Shown here: positions 19,124 to 29,361 of the stretch, piece after piece
How the letters are laid out: every line of letters begins with the position of its first letter
Position numbering within the stretch: position 1 is the stretch's first letter
From: a virus
Lineage: Duplodnaviria; Caudoviricetes
Reading direction: 5' to 3' (one strand)
Virus record (IMG/VR): IMGVR_UViG_3300046656_000199
Span: 4-64,003 of that record
Length of the DNA stretch: 64,000 nt
The notes under the pieces: generated by a model
Database searches by the model: none
What the model was told of the DNA's origin: nothing
Seen by the model: only the letters and a program-made list of their open reading frames with translations
Made by a program: the position numbers and the translations under genes

Positions 19124-20356
19124 ATGGCCAACAAGTTCTTTCGTGGCGACGCGGTGGAAGTCGCGCAGGTGATGACGACGCAGATCACGGGGTATGACGC
19201 CGCGACCACCTATAAGGAAACCTTGAACGGCAAGGTCGTGTCCGTCCTCGGCGACACCAACGCCAACACCACGGCGGCGGACCTCAAAGCGGCGCTGGCC
19301 GCCTCGACAATCGCCGAGTTCGCCGAGATCACCTATTCCGTGTCGACGGACACCGTCACCCTGACGGCTACCGTGGCGGGCGTGCCGTTCACGGCAGTTT
19401 CCAGCGTCAGCGGCGGATCGGGAACGACCTCGGATACGGCGGTCACAACGTCGAGCGGCCCGAACGACTGGAACGTGGCGGCCAACTGGTCGGCGTCCGG
19501 CGTGCCCGGTAGCGATAGCGTCTACCTTTCCGACACCACCACGGACATTCTGTACGGACTCGATCAGAACGCCGTGACGCTCACCAGCCTCAATCTGCAC
19601 AGCACGTTCACGGGCGATCTGGGCCTCCCCGACATCAACGTGACGAGCGGCTACTACGAGTACCGTCAGAAGGAATTGCTGGTCGGCATCACTACGCTCA
19701 ACGTCGGCGAGGGCGGCGGGGGAGGTTCGGGACGCATCCGCATCAATGGACAGGCGATCCAGACCACGCTCAACGTCTACGCCACTGGCGCGTCCAAGGA
19801 GGCGGGCGTTCCCGCTCTGCGCTGGCGGGGCACGCACGCCTCCAACGTGGTGACGGTACGGTCCGGGGACGTGGGCATCGCCTGGGACAATACGTTCTCG
19901 GCAACGGTGGCAACGCTCAACCTCGGCTCGGAGAGCAACCCATCCTCCGACGCCGTGGTGTGGTGCGGTGCGGGTTGCACGCTCACGACCATCAATCAGA
20001 ACGGTGGCGTTCTCACGGTCAACGGGGCCGTCGGCGGAACGTGGACGATCACGAAAGGCGACGCCTACGTTCGGCTCTCGGGCACGCTGACGGCTGTCAA
20101 GATGCAATTCGGGGCCGGCACACTGTTCCACGATTCGTCAGGAACCATCACGGCCCTGACCATCGGCAAGGATTGCGTCTTCGACGCCAGCCGATCCAAG
20201 GTCGCATTCACGATCACAAACTGCACCATGTATGGCGGGGCGAAGTTGCTCGATCCGAACAAGCGGATAACCTTCAGCAATCCCATCACGCTGACGGAAT
20301 GCGGCTTTGAAGACGTCACCATTCAGCGCGGCAAGAACATCACGCCGACCATCTGA
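19124..20356 (+). CDS. Minor tail protein, probable beta-solenoid
   Basis: T/G/V-rich TLNV/TINQ rungs; WNVAANWS motif. Confidence 0.6.
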   Translation: MANKFFRGDAVEVAQVMTTQITGYDAATTYKETLNGKVVSVLGDTNANTTAADLKAALAASTIAEFAEITYSVSTDTVTLTATVAGVPFTAVSSVSGGSGTTSDTAVTTSSGPNDWNVAANWSASGVPGSDSVYLSDTTTDILYGLDQNAVTLTSLNLHSTFTGDLGLPDINVTSGYYEYRQKELLVGITTLNVGEGGGGGSGRIRINGQAIQTTLNVYATGASKEAGVPALRWRGTHASNVVTVRSGDVGIAWDNTFSATVATLNLGSESNPSSDAVVWCGAGCTLTTINQNGGVLTVNGAVGGTWTITKGDAYVRLSGTLTAVKMQFGAGTLFHDSSGTITALTIGKDCVFDASRSKVAFTITNCTMYGGAKLLDPNKRITFSNPITLTECGFEDVTIQRGKNITPTI

Positions 20357-20367
20357 GGGCCGTCAGC

Positions 20368-23300
20368 ATGGCCGGAGAAATCTACGGGACGGTTAGCTGG
20401 CCGGGCGTCGTCTCCATCCAGGGGGCGACCACGACCATGTCGCACGGCATCACGCCGAGCGTCACCGTGCTGCGATGCAATCCGCAGACGCCGGACGTCG
20501 TCGTCGCTCAGTACGGCAACCTCGTCTACACCGACGAGCAGGGCACGGCGGTCGTGCTGTATGACTGCCGGCTACGCAATGCTCGTGCCCACAAGGACGA
20601 GCAGGGCGAGTGGCTGCTGCTGGAGATTGAAGACCGTCGCTGGCGCTGGTCGCTGGGCTGGGTGGACGGCGTCTTCAATACGGTCGACCCGAGCGGCGGG
20701 TACTTCGGTCCGCTCAATCCCAACGCCGGGCCGCGACTAGCGCCGGCGAAGAAGTACCTACCGTGGAGTCTGCAACGCCCCGGCGACCTGTGCAAGATCC
20801 TGCTCGATAGGATGCAGGAAGTCGGCTACACCATCATCATTCCCAACGACGAACTACCGCCCGTGTCGTGGGATCACGCGAATCCCGCCCAGATGCTTCA
20901 GCAGCTCGCCGAGGCGTTCGGCTGCCGCATCGTCCTGCGCCACGACTCCAACACGGTGGCCATCGTCCCCGTCGGCATCGGCGACACGCTGCCGGACGGG
21001 AGCATCCAGAAGGATAGCCTCGTCCTACCCAAACTCGGACGGCCCGACTCGATCCTGTGCGTCGGCGACATCACGCGCTACCAACTCCGCATGCAGTTAC
21101 AGGCCGTCGGCGAGGATTGGGACGGGATGCTGCGGCCGATCGACAATCTGTCCTATGCGCCGCCCGGTGGCAAGGTGCGCCAGCTCGTCGAGTTCGACCC
21201 GGCGACGGTGAGCATCGGCAAGGTGTTCACGCTCATCCTCGACGGGATCGCTGTCTCGTTCACGGCCACGGCGGGCACGGTGGCCAACGTCACGGCGGGC
21301 CTGGCCGCGGCGGTTAACGCCAACGCTCAATTGGCTGCCCTCAAGATCACGGCTTTCGACGGTGCCAGCATTTTCACGGGTGTCAACGGCAACCCCAATG
21401 GCGACCCGTTCACCTACATTGCCGCGGCGACGGCGCCGGCCCGGCTGACGCCCAACTTGAAGAAGGCGCCGAAGAAAGGATCGTGGGACAACGACATCCC
21501 GCCCGTGTTCGCCAACGTGGTAGCGACCGATCGGCTGACCAGGCTGGAAGCGCTGCAACTCGCTCGAAAGAGCGTGTTCAAGTATTACCGCGTCGTGTTG
21601 CAGGATCCCACCGACGCCACCATTCCGCTGAACATTCCCGGCTTCGGACGGATTCTCCGCAAGGAACAACTGATCCTGCAATCGGAGCAGGTGTTGCAGA
21701 TCGTGCCGACGAAGCAGGACGACAACGTCATTGACCAGTTCGACGGCTCGACGTTGACGCTCGACTTTTACAACGGGTACGCCAGGAATAGGCCCGCGAA
21801 GGTTTACGGTTCCTACTTCTGGCCGACGACCGGCGTGGTCCGCGTGGCGGGCCTGGAGATCACCAAACCAAACGAAGAAGTGCGCGTGCCGTTCAGCATC
21901 GACGCAGCGCGGCATTTGGTCACATTTTCGGATCACGTCTTCAGTCTGGAAAATCCGGGCGGCACCATCTTGCAGCAGTTGGAAGCGGCGGCCACGGCAT
22001 CGACGGGCATCATCAGCGCGTCGAGCCTCGTCCTTGAAACCGCCGTGCAGGTCCGCGACCCCATCAATCATCAGGTAGTGCGTGCCGAAGAGGTCTACAT
22101 CTTCCCCGGCGCGCAGGCGGGAACGGCGCCCTTGATAATCAAACACGACGACGTGCAGGTGAATTACATCACCATCTACGACCCCACGAAGATCGCCAAG
22201 CCGCTCGCCACCGTCAACGACCTGCCGGACGCCAAGAAGCGGGCACGGTTCTATCTGCTGCTGGAGGCGTCGAAGTACGATCAGACTCGCCTAGGCCGTG
22301 AGCGGATCTACAACGGCTTGGTTCCCGTCGTCATGGACGGGGCCATTCAGCAAGTGACGTGGACGCGCGATGAAAACGGCATCGAGACGCGGGCCAGCCT
22401 GAACAGCGAACACGACCTGTACGTCCCGCAGTTCCCGTTGCGTCTGCAACTGGAGTACCTCAAGGCATTGCAGAAGGCCGCCGTGGCCACGCAGACAAAC
22501 CCCGAGGCGGCGGGCGAATCCATCGGCGACATCCTCGCTGCCGGTGGCGAGGTCAAAGGGTGGTTCGAGCGGGCACCCAAGGGCACGGCCGACCGTTCGC
22601 CGCTCTACGATGCCGTGCGCTGGATCGCCGTCCGCAACACGGGCACCGATCCGATTCCGGCCTACGGACTCGTGACCCTGACGGGACAGGACACGGACGG
22701 CGTTGCCACGGCCACGGCGCCAACGCTGGACTCGCAGCCGCGACTGTTCGTCAACGGTCCGGTCGATATTCCGGGCGGCAGTCGGGGTCAGGTTCACCGC
22801 TCCTTTCCCGCCGCGGTGCTGTACGACGTCAACGACGGCACGCCCGCCTTCGGCGCGGCGTGGGGTAGCAAGGCGGGCACGTTCACGCTGACGAAAGACA
22901 ACGGCGGCTTTCGCATCCTCGGTGCGCCGGATGCTGGCATCGTCAACGTCGAAGAGGACACGGAAGGCAGCGACACCGACGCCAGCCACACGAACAGCGG
23001 CGACGTCAACCTGTCGCATCAGTATCTCGGGGCCGGCAGCAAGGGTGTCGATGCTCTGGTGATCGGCGTTGATGACAATTCCTTCATCGACCCGCCGGGC
23101 AATCTCTGGATCAACTGCGAGGGTGTCGGAGGCATCGAGTTTGGCTCTGACTCCACGTTTGACGCCAGCGGTGCCATCCTCTACATCCCAACGACCACTA
23201 CTTCGATCGCGACCGGTGATGACATTATTGCGATTCGATCAGCCAATGACGGTACGGCATCATGGCGAACCGACACCGGCTACTCAATCTGGGTACTAAA

Positions 23301-24183
23301 CGCTAACCCCGCTTCAGCCTTCGCGGTGGTTCGCACTCTGTCTCTGTTCGTGGGCGTCGAGAAGACGCTGGCCCAGGCCATCAGCGACGGCGACGTGGTC
23401 AAGGGTGGGATCGTCGTACCGGCGACCGCCGTACCGTGGCCACCTCCTCCACCCCCACCGCCTCCCCCTCCACCGCCTCCACCGCCTCCGCCCGTTCCGC
23501 CGTCGCCTCCCCCTCCGCCACCTCCACCGCCTCCGGCTTGCAGTGTGTCGCGGACGCCTCTTGGGTCGTTCAGTAACACGGGCAGCAGCACGCTCAGCGC
23601 GACGAGTCTGAGCGTCAGCACGGGCATCGTCATCGCCGTGGTAACGGTCACGCGCAACGACGGCGGCAGCATCACCATCACCGGCGTAACCTTCGACGGC
23701 AATGCCATGACGGACGATGACAGTCGCTTGCTCGCCTCCAACTTCGACAGCGTCACGGGCTACGTCGCCATCTACTCGATGCCGGTAACGACGGCGTCGG
23801 GGAAGACCATGACGTTGACCGCCAGCACGGGGACGAACGCCACCCTTACGCTGGAAATCATCAATGTGACGGGGCTCGTCAACAACTTCCGCGACTCGGG
23901 CGGCAACGCCAGTATGACCAACAACTCGCCCGATGTGGTCATGAGTGGAGTGACGGCCGCCGACTGCGAATACGCTCAGGCCGGCTTCCTCCTGATCGGC
24001 GTCATGGGGGCGTGGACGTGGGCCTCACCGTTCACGTCTGGCGGACAGGACGTATCGCCGAGCATTCTGGTCAGCGCCACGGAAGGGTATGATGTAGCAG
24101 CGTCGGCGGGATCAACGCCGGATGCCACGCTGAGCACCGGACCGCTGGTGGCGTGGGCTGCGGTGATGAGCGTTTACGGGTGA
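20368..24183 (+). CDS. Large tail tip/hub protein with polyproline linker and C-terminal beta domain
   Basis: 1271 aa; EDRRWRW, LQQLAEAFGCRIV hub-like N-terminus; 32-aa Pro tract. Confidence 0.7.
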   Translation: MAGEIYGTVSWPGVVSIQGATTTMSHGITPSVTVLRCNPQTPDVVVAQYGNLVYTDEQGTAVVLYDCRLRNARAHKDEQGEWLLLEIEDRRWRWSLGWVDGVFNTVDPSGGYFGPLNPNAGPRLAPAKKYLPWSLQRPGDLCKILLDRMQEVGYTIIIPNDELPPVSWDHANPAQMLQQLAEAFGCRIVLRHDSNTVAIVPVGIGDTLPDGSIQKDSLVLPKLGRPDSILCVGDITRYQLRMQLQAVGEDWDGMLRPIDNLSYAPPGGKVRQLVEFDPATVSIGKVFTLILDGIAVSFTATAGTVANVTAGLAAAVNANAQLAALKITAFDGASIFTGVNGNPNGDPFTYIAAATAPARLTPNLKKAPKKGSWDNDIPPVFANVVATDRLTRLEALQLARKSVFKYYRVVLQDPTDATIPLNIPGFGRILRKEQLILQSEQVLQIVPTKQDDNVIDQFDGSTLTLDFYNGYARNRPAKVYGSYFWPTTGVVRVAGLEITKPNEEVRVPFSIDAARHLVTFSDHVFSLENPGGTILQQLEAAATASTGIISASSLVLETAVQVRDPINHQVVRAEEVYIFPGAQAGTAPLIIKHDDVQVNYITIYDPTKIAKPLATVNDLPDAKKRARFYLLLEASKYDQTRLGRERIYNGLVPVVMDGAIQQVTWTRDENGIETRASLNSEHDLYVPQFPLRLQLEYLKALQKAAVATQTNPEAAGESIGDILAAGGEVKGWFERAPKGTADRSPLYDAVRWIAVRNTGTDPIPAYGLVTLTGQDTDGVATATAPTLDSQPRLFVNGPVDIPGGSRGQVHRSFPAAVLYDVNDGTPAFGAAWGSKAGTFTLTKDNGGFRILGAPDAGIVNVEEDTEGSDTDASHTNSGDVNLSHQYLGAGSKGVDALVIGVDDNSFIDPPGNLWINCEGVGGIEFGSDSTFDASGAILYIPTTTTSIATGDDIIAIRSANDGTASWRTDTGYSIWVLNANPASAFAVVRTLSLFVGVEKTLAQAISDGDVVKGGIVVPATAVPWPPPPPPPPPPPPPPPPPPVPPSPPPPPPPPPPACSVSRTPLGSFSNTGSSTLSATSLSVSTGIVIAVVTVTRNDGGSITITGVTFDGNAMTDDDSRLLASNFDSVTGYVAIYSMPVTTASGKTMTLTASTGTNATLTLEIINVTGLVNNFRDSGGNASMTNNSPDVVMSGVTAADCEYAQAGFLLIGVMGAWTWASPFTSGGQDVSPSILVSATEGYDVAASAGSTPDATLSTGPLVAWAAVMSVYG
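23440..23535 (+). repeat. Polyproline tract P18-V-PP-S-P10
   Basis: 30 of 32 codons are CCN, all four Pro codons used. Confidence 0.95.
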
Positions 24184-24190
24184 GGTCGAC

Positions 24191-24709
24191 ATGCCGACGC
24201 CGTTGATCGTGCCCGGATTCATGAAAGCAGATGTCTGCGCCGAATTGCGGACGGTCTACGCCGCCGGCCTCGCCTCGGGAAGTATCCGGCCACGCGGCAT
24301 CACCACGACGGACATTGCCCTGACTGCGGTTCTGGCTGTGCCCACAGTGGTCGACGACGTGGCCGATCTTCTCCGCGCCCGCTTCGATTTGCCTGAACTT
24401 CGTCCCGACTATGTCGCCTACACGCGCGTCCTGGCGGGAGGCAGTCACGTTCTGCACGCCGACGGGGTTAAGCTCGACGGCACACCCAACCACACGCCGC
24501 GGCGTGTGGCGTCGGCGATGCTCTACCTTTCCGATGGCGAGACGGATTTCACGGGCGGGCTGCTGCGCTTCCCGATGCTGGGCATGGAGATCGTGCCGCA
24601 TCCGGGCTTGCTCGTCGGCTTCCTGACCACGCTGGAGCATCAGCACGAGGTCACGCTGGTGACGTCCGGCGTGCGGGACGCGATTGCGATGTGGTTCTTC
24701 CCGGCGTGA
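24191..24709 (+). CDS. 2OG-Fe(II) oxygenase, prolyl 4-hydroxylase-like
   Basis: HAD (HxD), LYLSD...FTGGLLRF, HEV...VTSGVR (distal His and 2OG-binding Arg), terminal WF. Confidence 0.85.
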   Translation: MPTPLIVPGFMKADVCAELRTVYAAGLASGSIRPRGITTTDIALTAVLAVPTVVDDVADLLRARFDLPELRPDYVAYTRVLAGGSHVLHADGVKLDGTPNHTPRRVASAMLYLSDGETDFTGGLLRFPMLGMEIVPHPGLLVGFLTTLEHQHEVTLVTSGVRDAIAMWFFPA

Positions 24710-24909
24710 GTTGATTTGTTCGCGCGCTCGATTTGTGCTAACTTCTCACTTCAGAAGCGGCAGGAGGCGGCTCACCAAGCGCAACCCGGTGAGTCGCCTC
24801 CCCTTCCTTACCGCTGCAAATCCCATCCGACGCAATGATTGTACGCTATTTGCCTCCCACGCAGAAGGGGTTCTGTGTGCTGATGCAGCGCAGGGTTGCG
24901 AGTCTCGTC

Positions 24910-25233
24910 ATGCCGCGCAAGCGATCCGCCGCAGAGCGCAGCGCCGCCAACGCTGTCCGTCTGATCGAGGCTCTGGAGAAGCGCGACCACCAACTGACGC
25001 TTGCCGAGTGGGGCGCGCTGCTGCTGCACTGGCAGCCCGAGGAGTACGCCGAGCCGGAGCGGGGCATCCCCGAGCCGGTAGCGGTCAAGTCTCACGAAGC
25101 CCTGATCCGCTTCTACATCTGGCGCGAGAGCAACGGCTACGATCTGTTCCACCCCGATGACCGCTGTCAACGTCGCCCCCGACAAATTGCGGAGTCTGAA
25201 CATGCCGCTGATGATCGAGAGACTGAGCAGTGA
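24910..25233 (+). CDS. Hypothetical protein
   Basis: Coding-like composition; start uncertain. Confidence 0.5.
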   Translation: MPRKRSAAERSAANAVRLIEALEKRDHQLTLAEWGALLLHWQPEEYAEPERGIPEPVAVKSHEALIRFYIWRESNGYDLFHPDDRCQRRPRQIAESEHAADDRETEQ

Positions 25234-25864
25234 GGAGGGCCATGAACTGGCGCACCGCGAAGGGGCCATCGAAACGGCCCTGCGGTCCTATCGTGTGGCC
25301 GGTACGCACCTGCGGGCCATCCGCGACGCTCGCCTCTACCGGCAGGATCACGTCACGTTTGAGGCGTACTGCCAGGCCCGTTGGGGCATGGAGCGGGCGC
25401 ACGGCTACCGACTGATCGAGGCGGCCCAGGCCGCGGACGACGTGTCTCCAGTTGGAGACGGCACACCGGCCCCGGCGAACGAGGCTCAGGCCCGACCGCT
25501 GACCCGGCTCGATACCGTCGAGGAGAGGCGCCGCGTCTGGTTCGGCGCCGTGGCCGTCGCGGAGGGATCGCCGACGGCGGAACTCGTCGAGCAGCTGACG
25601 AACCGGGTTCTCGCCGGGCTGCCGATCGAGGAACGCCTGAAGATCGTCAACGACCACGAGGAGCAGGCTTTCGAGCGCACCAGGCCCATCGTGGCCGAGA
25701 GCAAACAGCAGCGCGGCGAGCGCGGTTACACCCGACTTCAGCAGGCCCGGAAGCAGTTCACGAAGGCGGGCTTTGGCGAGGACAGCGACATCATCGCGGC
25801 CCTCGATGCGGCCCTGGCTCTCATGCGTCGATTTGCTCCCAAGCCCAAACGCAAGGCATCGTAG
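25157..25864 (+). CDS. Conserved phage protein, probable DNA-binding N-terminus
   Basis: GTHLRAIRDARLYR...TFEAYCQARWG...YRLIEAA motif common in phage proteins. Confidence 0.65.
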   Translation: MTAVNVAPDKLRSLNMPLMIERLSSEEGHELAHREGAIETALRSYRVAGTHLRAIRDARLYRQDHVTFEAYCQARWGMERAHGYRLIEAAQAADDVSPVGDGTPAPANEAQARPLTRLDTVEERRRVWFGAVAVAEGSPTAELVEQLTNRVLAGLPIEERLKIVNDHEEQAFERTRPIVAESKQQRGERGYTRLQQARKQFTKAGFGEDSDIIAALDAALALMRRFAPKPKRKAS

Positions 25865-25954
25865 ACGGTACGAATCAATCAGGGGTGGCGCCTGAAACGG
25901 AGGCGATGGGAACGGTTGGTGACGCAGCGATAGACCCCAACTGAGGCAGTAGCG

Positions 25955-26317
25955 GTGGAACCTCTCTCGGTCATCATTGGGGCAGTGGCGACGGCTCTGG
26001 TCGCTATTCTCGCCGCCGTGGTCAAGTTCATCCGCGACCGCAAAGCCGCAGACGTCGAGTCGCAGGAAGCCGGGCAGAAGGTGCGGCAGAGCGACCAGAG
26101 TTTCATCGCCGACCAGTACCGCAAACTGGTCCGCGACCACCAGAAGGACGCGGCTGACCTGCAAGAACAGCTGGAGAGTCTGCGGGAAGCGTCCTCCCGC
26201 GAGGCACACGCCCTGCGGGATCAGTTGCAGGCCGTGTGCATGTCGGAGGCACTGTACAAGGAACGCTGTCGGGTGCTGGAGGATCAGGTCAAGGAACTCA
26301 GGAGCAAGCCGCAATGA
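25955..26317 (+). CDS. Single-TM coiled-coil protein (holin-like position)
   Basis: N-terminal hydrophobic helix then coiled coil. Confidence 0.65.
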   Translation: MEPLSVIIGAVATALVAILAAVVKFIRDRKAADVESQEAGQKVRQSDQSFIADQYRKLVRDHQKDAADLQEQLESLREASSREAHALRDQLQAVCMSEALYKERCRVLEDQVKELRSKPQ

Positions 26318-26709
26318 AAGTGCTGCTCGTCGAGAACAAGGATGCCTGTATCGGCGCGTTGATGGCTCTGCTGACGTCGGCCGACAAGCAAGTCGAGGTG
26401 TGCCACACGCTCGAAGAGGCCGAGGTCCGGCTGACGAAAAACTCCATCGACGTGGTGATTGTCAGTCAGGAGTTGGCCGGCGAGCCTGATTTCTTCAAAC
26501 GGCTGGCCGGCATCAGCATCGTGATTGTCACCAGCGAGAACTACCTGCAAAAAGCGATGCGCTGGACGCAGGAGGCCAGCGGTGCCCGGCTCAACGAATC
26601 GGCGCAGTGGGCGTTCGAGCGCAAGGACGGATTCGAGCGGGCCGAGCGGATCGCCCGGCGCATGAAGGAGCGAACCGACGCGGCGGCATTGCTGCTGCCA
26701 GGAGCGTGA
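26314..26709 (+). CDS. Degenerate receiver (CheY-like) domain protein
   Basis: MKVLLVEN...IDVVIVS...IVIVTS; the phospho-acceptor Asp position is Ser. Confidence 0.65.
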   Translation: MKVLLVENKDACIGALMALLTSADKQVEVCHTLEEAEVRLTKNSIDVVIVSQELAGEPDFFKRLAGISIVIVTSENYLQKAMRWTQEASGARLNESAQWAFERKDGFERAERIARRMKERTDAAALLLPGA

Positions 26710-26715
26710 GACGTC

Positions 26716-27024
26716 ATGTTCCATGAAATCGTCAAGCGTCTCGATGTGATCGAGGCAACCCTGAAAGCCCTCCAACAACTGATCGGAGTCAAGATCATGG
26801 CTACGCAAGCCGAACTCGCCGTACAGATCAACACCCTGACGGCGCAGGTCCAGAAGATCGCCACGGAGTCATCGAAGACGCTCCAGATGGTGACGGACCT
26901 GCAATCCCTGATTGCGGCGGGCGGCACGGTCACGCCGGAGTTGCAGGCATCCGTGGACGCCCTGGCCGCGCAGATCAAGGTGACGGACGATCTCGTGCCG
27001 GATGCCCCGGCACCGACGCCGTGA
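26716..27024 (+). CDS. Coiled-coil hypothetical protein
   Basis: Heptad pattern, Pro-rich end. Confidence 0.6.
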   Translation: MFHEIVKRLDVIEATLKALQQLIGVKIMATQAELAVQINTLTAQVQKIATESSKTLQMVTDLQSLIAAGGTVTPELQASVDALAAQIKVTDDLVPDAPAPTP

Positions 27025-27099
27025 GTCCTTGCGGCGGCGGCCGGAGGCTTGAGAGGAGGCGCCGGCCCGCCGTCCGCAATCCCGTGGAGGAGACGTGTC

Positions 27100-27306
27100 A
27101 TGTTCGCCGACATCATGATTCGGACGCAGTGGAGCATCGGCGATCTGCTCATCGCCGTCATCATCATCGCGGCGTGCATCGGAATTGTGTACGTCGCCCT
27201 GCGCGTCTTCGGCGTGTCGATCCCCGCGTGGGCCGTGCAGATATTCTGGATCGTCGTCGTGGCCTGCGTTGCGATCTTTGCGATTCGCCTCGTGCTGAGT
27301 CTGTGA
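27100..27306 (+). CDS. Small two-TM membrane protein (holin candidate)
   Basis: GGAGG RBS; two hydrophobic helices around IP. Confidence 0.7.
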   Translation: MFADIMIRTQWSIGDLLIAVIIIAACIGIVYVALRVFGVSIPAWAVQIFWIVVVACVAIFAIRLVLSL

Positions 27307-27321
27307 GCGGAGGGATTCGCC

Positions 27322-27561
27322 GTGAAAGCGCCGCTGGTTCGGCCGATCATCCGGTCCGATACATGGGGCTACCTCGATCAGTGGTTCGTCCACGTTCGCG
27401 AGTCGATCGAGGAGAATTCAGGGTGCCAGTTCACGGAGCAAGACGCCCTCATGTTTGAATCGCTGGCCGAGCAGGTGCGGGAGAAGATCGCCTTGAGCGA
27501 GCGCGGTCGCAAGGCCGCTGAAGCATCGCTGAAACTGAAATACCAGAGGGTGAAATCGTGA
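27322..27561 (+). CDS. Hypothetical protein
   Basis: GGAGG RBS; GTGA overlap with next gene. Confidence 0.55.
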   Translation: MKAPLVRPIIRSDTWGYLDQWFVHVRESIEENSGCQFTEQDALMFESLAEQVREKIALSERGRKAAEASLKLKYQRVKS

Positions 27562-29054
27562 ATCGCATTCTCCACATCGCTCTGAGCATGGCTCTGCTGT
27601 CGCTGGCGGCCATCGTGGCGCCGGCTCCCGAGATTCAAGCGTTGCAGAAGGCGCCCGATGCCGTCGAGAAGCCGAAGGATGTCAAGGCCGACGCTCCTCC
27701 TCGTGCCACCGGTTACCGGCCCTCGACGCCCGCCGTCAAGCAAGCACTCCACGCGGAGCGGCTCGTCAAGCATAAGGGCCGCATGGCCTCGCTGGTGCGG
27801 GCCACCACGCCGCCGGCCGAGTTTGACGCGGCAGACATGGGCTGGGCCGGCGATCCCGGCGATCAGGCCGATTGTGGAAGCTGCTATCTGTACTCGACCT
27901 GCAAGACCGCCACGACCGCTTTCGTGAAGTCCGGTTACGGCAAGGTCAACGAATTCCGGTTGGCCACGCAATACGGGATGGATTGCCACAACTTCGGCGG
28001 TTGCAACGGTGGTAACGGAACCGAGGTCATTGACTGGATGGTCAAGAACGGCTGGCCCGCCGAGTCCTACGTCACGGCGGACGGCCAGCAGCACAGCGAC
28101 TATCCAGCGTATCAAGCGCGGAGCGGTCAATGTCGGCTTCCCGCGAACGCGAAAAAATGGTTCCCGAAAGACTGGCTGTTCATCACGGACGACCAGTCCG
28201 ACAAGCCGGCGCCAGTCGAGAATTACAAAGCCGCGATCATGGCCTACGGGCGTGTCAACGTCGCCCTTGATGCGGGAGGCCAGTTCAGCAACTATAGCGG
28301 CGGGGTCATCACGTCGCTAGGTCGCAGCATCGACCACGAAATCAACGTGCGGGGATGGTCGGATGCCAAGCAAGCGTTCTTGCTGGAGAACCAGTGGAGC
28401 GGCTGGGGCGGCGCCAAGGAGAAGGGCGACTCCTGCGCGTGGTTGTCGTACAAAGCCGTGGCCGCGCTGCAAGATCCATTCGTCGTCTCGGCTGTGCCGT
28501 TGCCCCCACCCCCACCGGGTCCGAATGCCCCCGTGGTAACGTCCTCGTCGGCATCGGCTCAAGTCGGGGCGCCGTTCACCTACCAGATTGTCGCCAGCAA
28601 CACACCGACCAGCTACGGCGCGTCGGGGCTTCCCACAGGGCTGACGGTGCAGGCCACGACGGGAGTGATCTCGGGATCGCCCACGGGCAGCGGCGTTTAC
28701 CCGGCCACGGTGACGGCAACCAACACGGCGGGGACGGGGACGGGCACGCTGTCGTTGACGGTTGGCACTGGTCCTCCTCCATCGCCAGTTCCGGTGGGCA
28801 CGCAGACGATTGCCCTCAGCGGCTTCGGCAAGAGTGACGGTGTGTACGAGGCCAACCCCGTAGGCACGGCGTCGACAATCATGGACATTCGCCGGCAGCT
28901 GGACGTTCTGTTCCCGCCGTTGGTGCCACCCCCGCCGTCGCCGGGCATCTCGCCAGAGCAGGCGGTCATCAACAAGCAGCAGGAAGCCATCAATCAGGCC
29001 ATCCTGAAGAACCTTGAAGCGCTGAACAAGGCCATCCTCGGACCAGGGAAGTGA
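27558..29054 (+). CDS. Secreted papain-like (C1A) cysteine peptidase with putative Ig domain
   Basis: Signal peptide; DQADCGSCY, GCNGG, DHEI, LENQW catalytic motifs; GLPTGL...TGVISGSP putative-Ig repeat. Confidence 0.85.
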   Translation: MNRILHIALSMALLSLAAIVAPAPEIQALQKAPDAVEKPKDVKADAPPRATGYRPSTPAVKQALHAERLVKHKGRMASLVRATTPPAEFDAADMGWAGDPGDQADCGSCYLYSTCKTATTAFVKSGYGKVNEFRLATQYGMDCHNFGGCNGGNGTEVIDWMVKNGWPAESYVTADGQQHSDYPAYQARSGQCRLPANAKKWFPKDWLFITDDQSDKPAPVENYKAAIMAYGRVNVALDAGGQFSNYSGGVITSLGRSIDHEINVRGWSDAKQAFLLENQWSGWGGAKEKGDSCAWLSYKAVAALQDPFVVSAVPLPPPPPGPNAPVVTSSSASAQVGAPFTYQIVASNTPTSYGASGLPTGLTVQATTGVISGSPTGSGVYPATVTATNTAGTGTGTLSLTVGTGPPPSPVPVGTQTIALSGFGKSDGVYEANPVGTASTIMDIRRQLDVLFPPLVPPPPSPGISPEQAVINKQQEAINQAILKNLEALNKAILGPGK

Positions 29055-29076
29055 AACCGTGAAAGGAAGCCGTGAC

Positions 29077-29277
29077 ATGACGTACAGCCTCGAATGGAAC
29101 GGCGAGACGCCCCTGCCCTATGGCCGTGTGCTGCTGCTCGTGTGCCCGGTGGACATGGGCGTCTACCATTTCGCCTGCAATGCCGACGACGTGGAGCGAG
29201 CCGTCAACGAGTTGCGGCCCCTGTTCGCGGGGGCGATGTTGTATCAGGCCACCGTGCTCAAGCAGGAGCAGTTCTGA
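29077..29277 (+). CDS. Hypothetical protein
   Basis: RBS and operon fit. Confidence 0.45.
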   Translation: MTYSLEWNGETPLPYGRVLLLVCPVDMGVYHFACNADDVERAVNELRPLFAGAMLYQATVLKQEQF

Positions 29278-29361
29278 TGACGCCCGAGCAAGAAGAACTG
29301 GTCATCGTCTTTACTCAGCCAGCTCGCCTATCCGACGAGCGCTTCAAGGAGATTCATCAGT

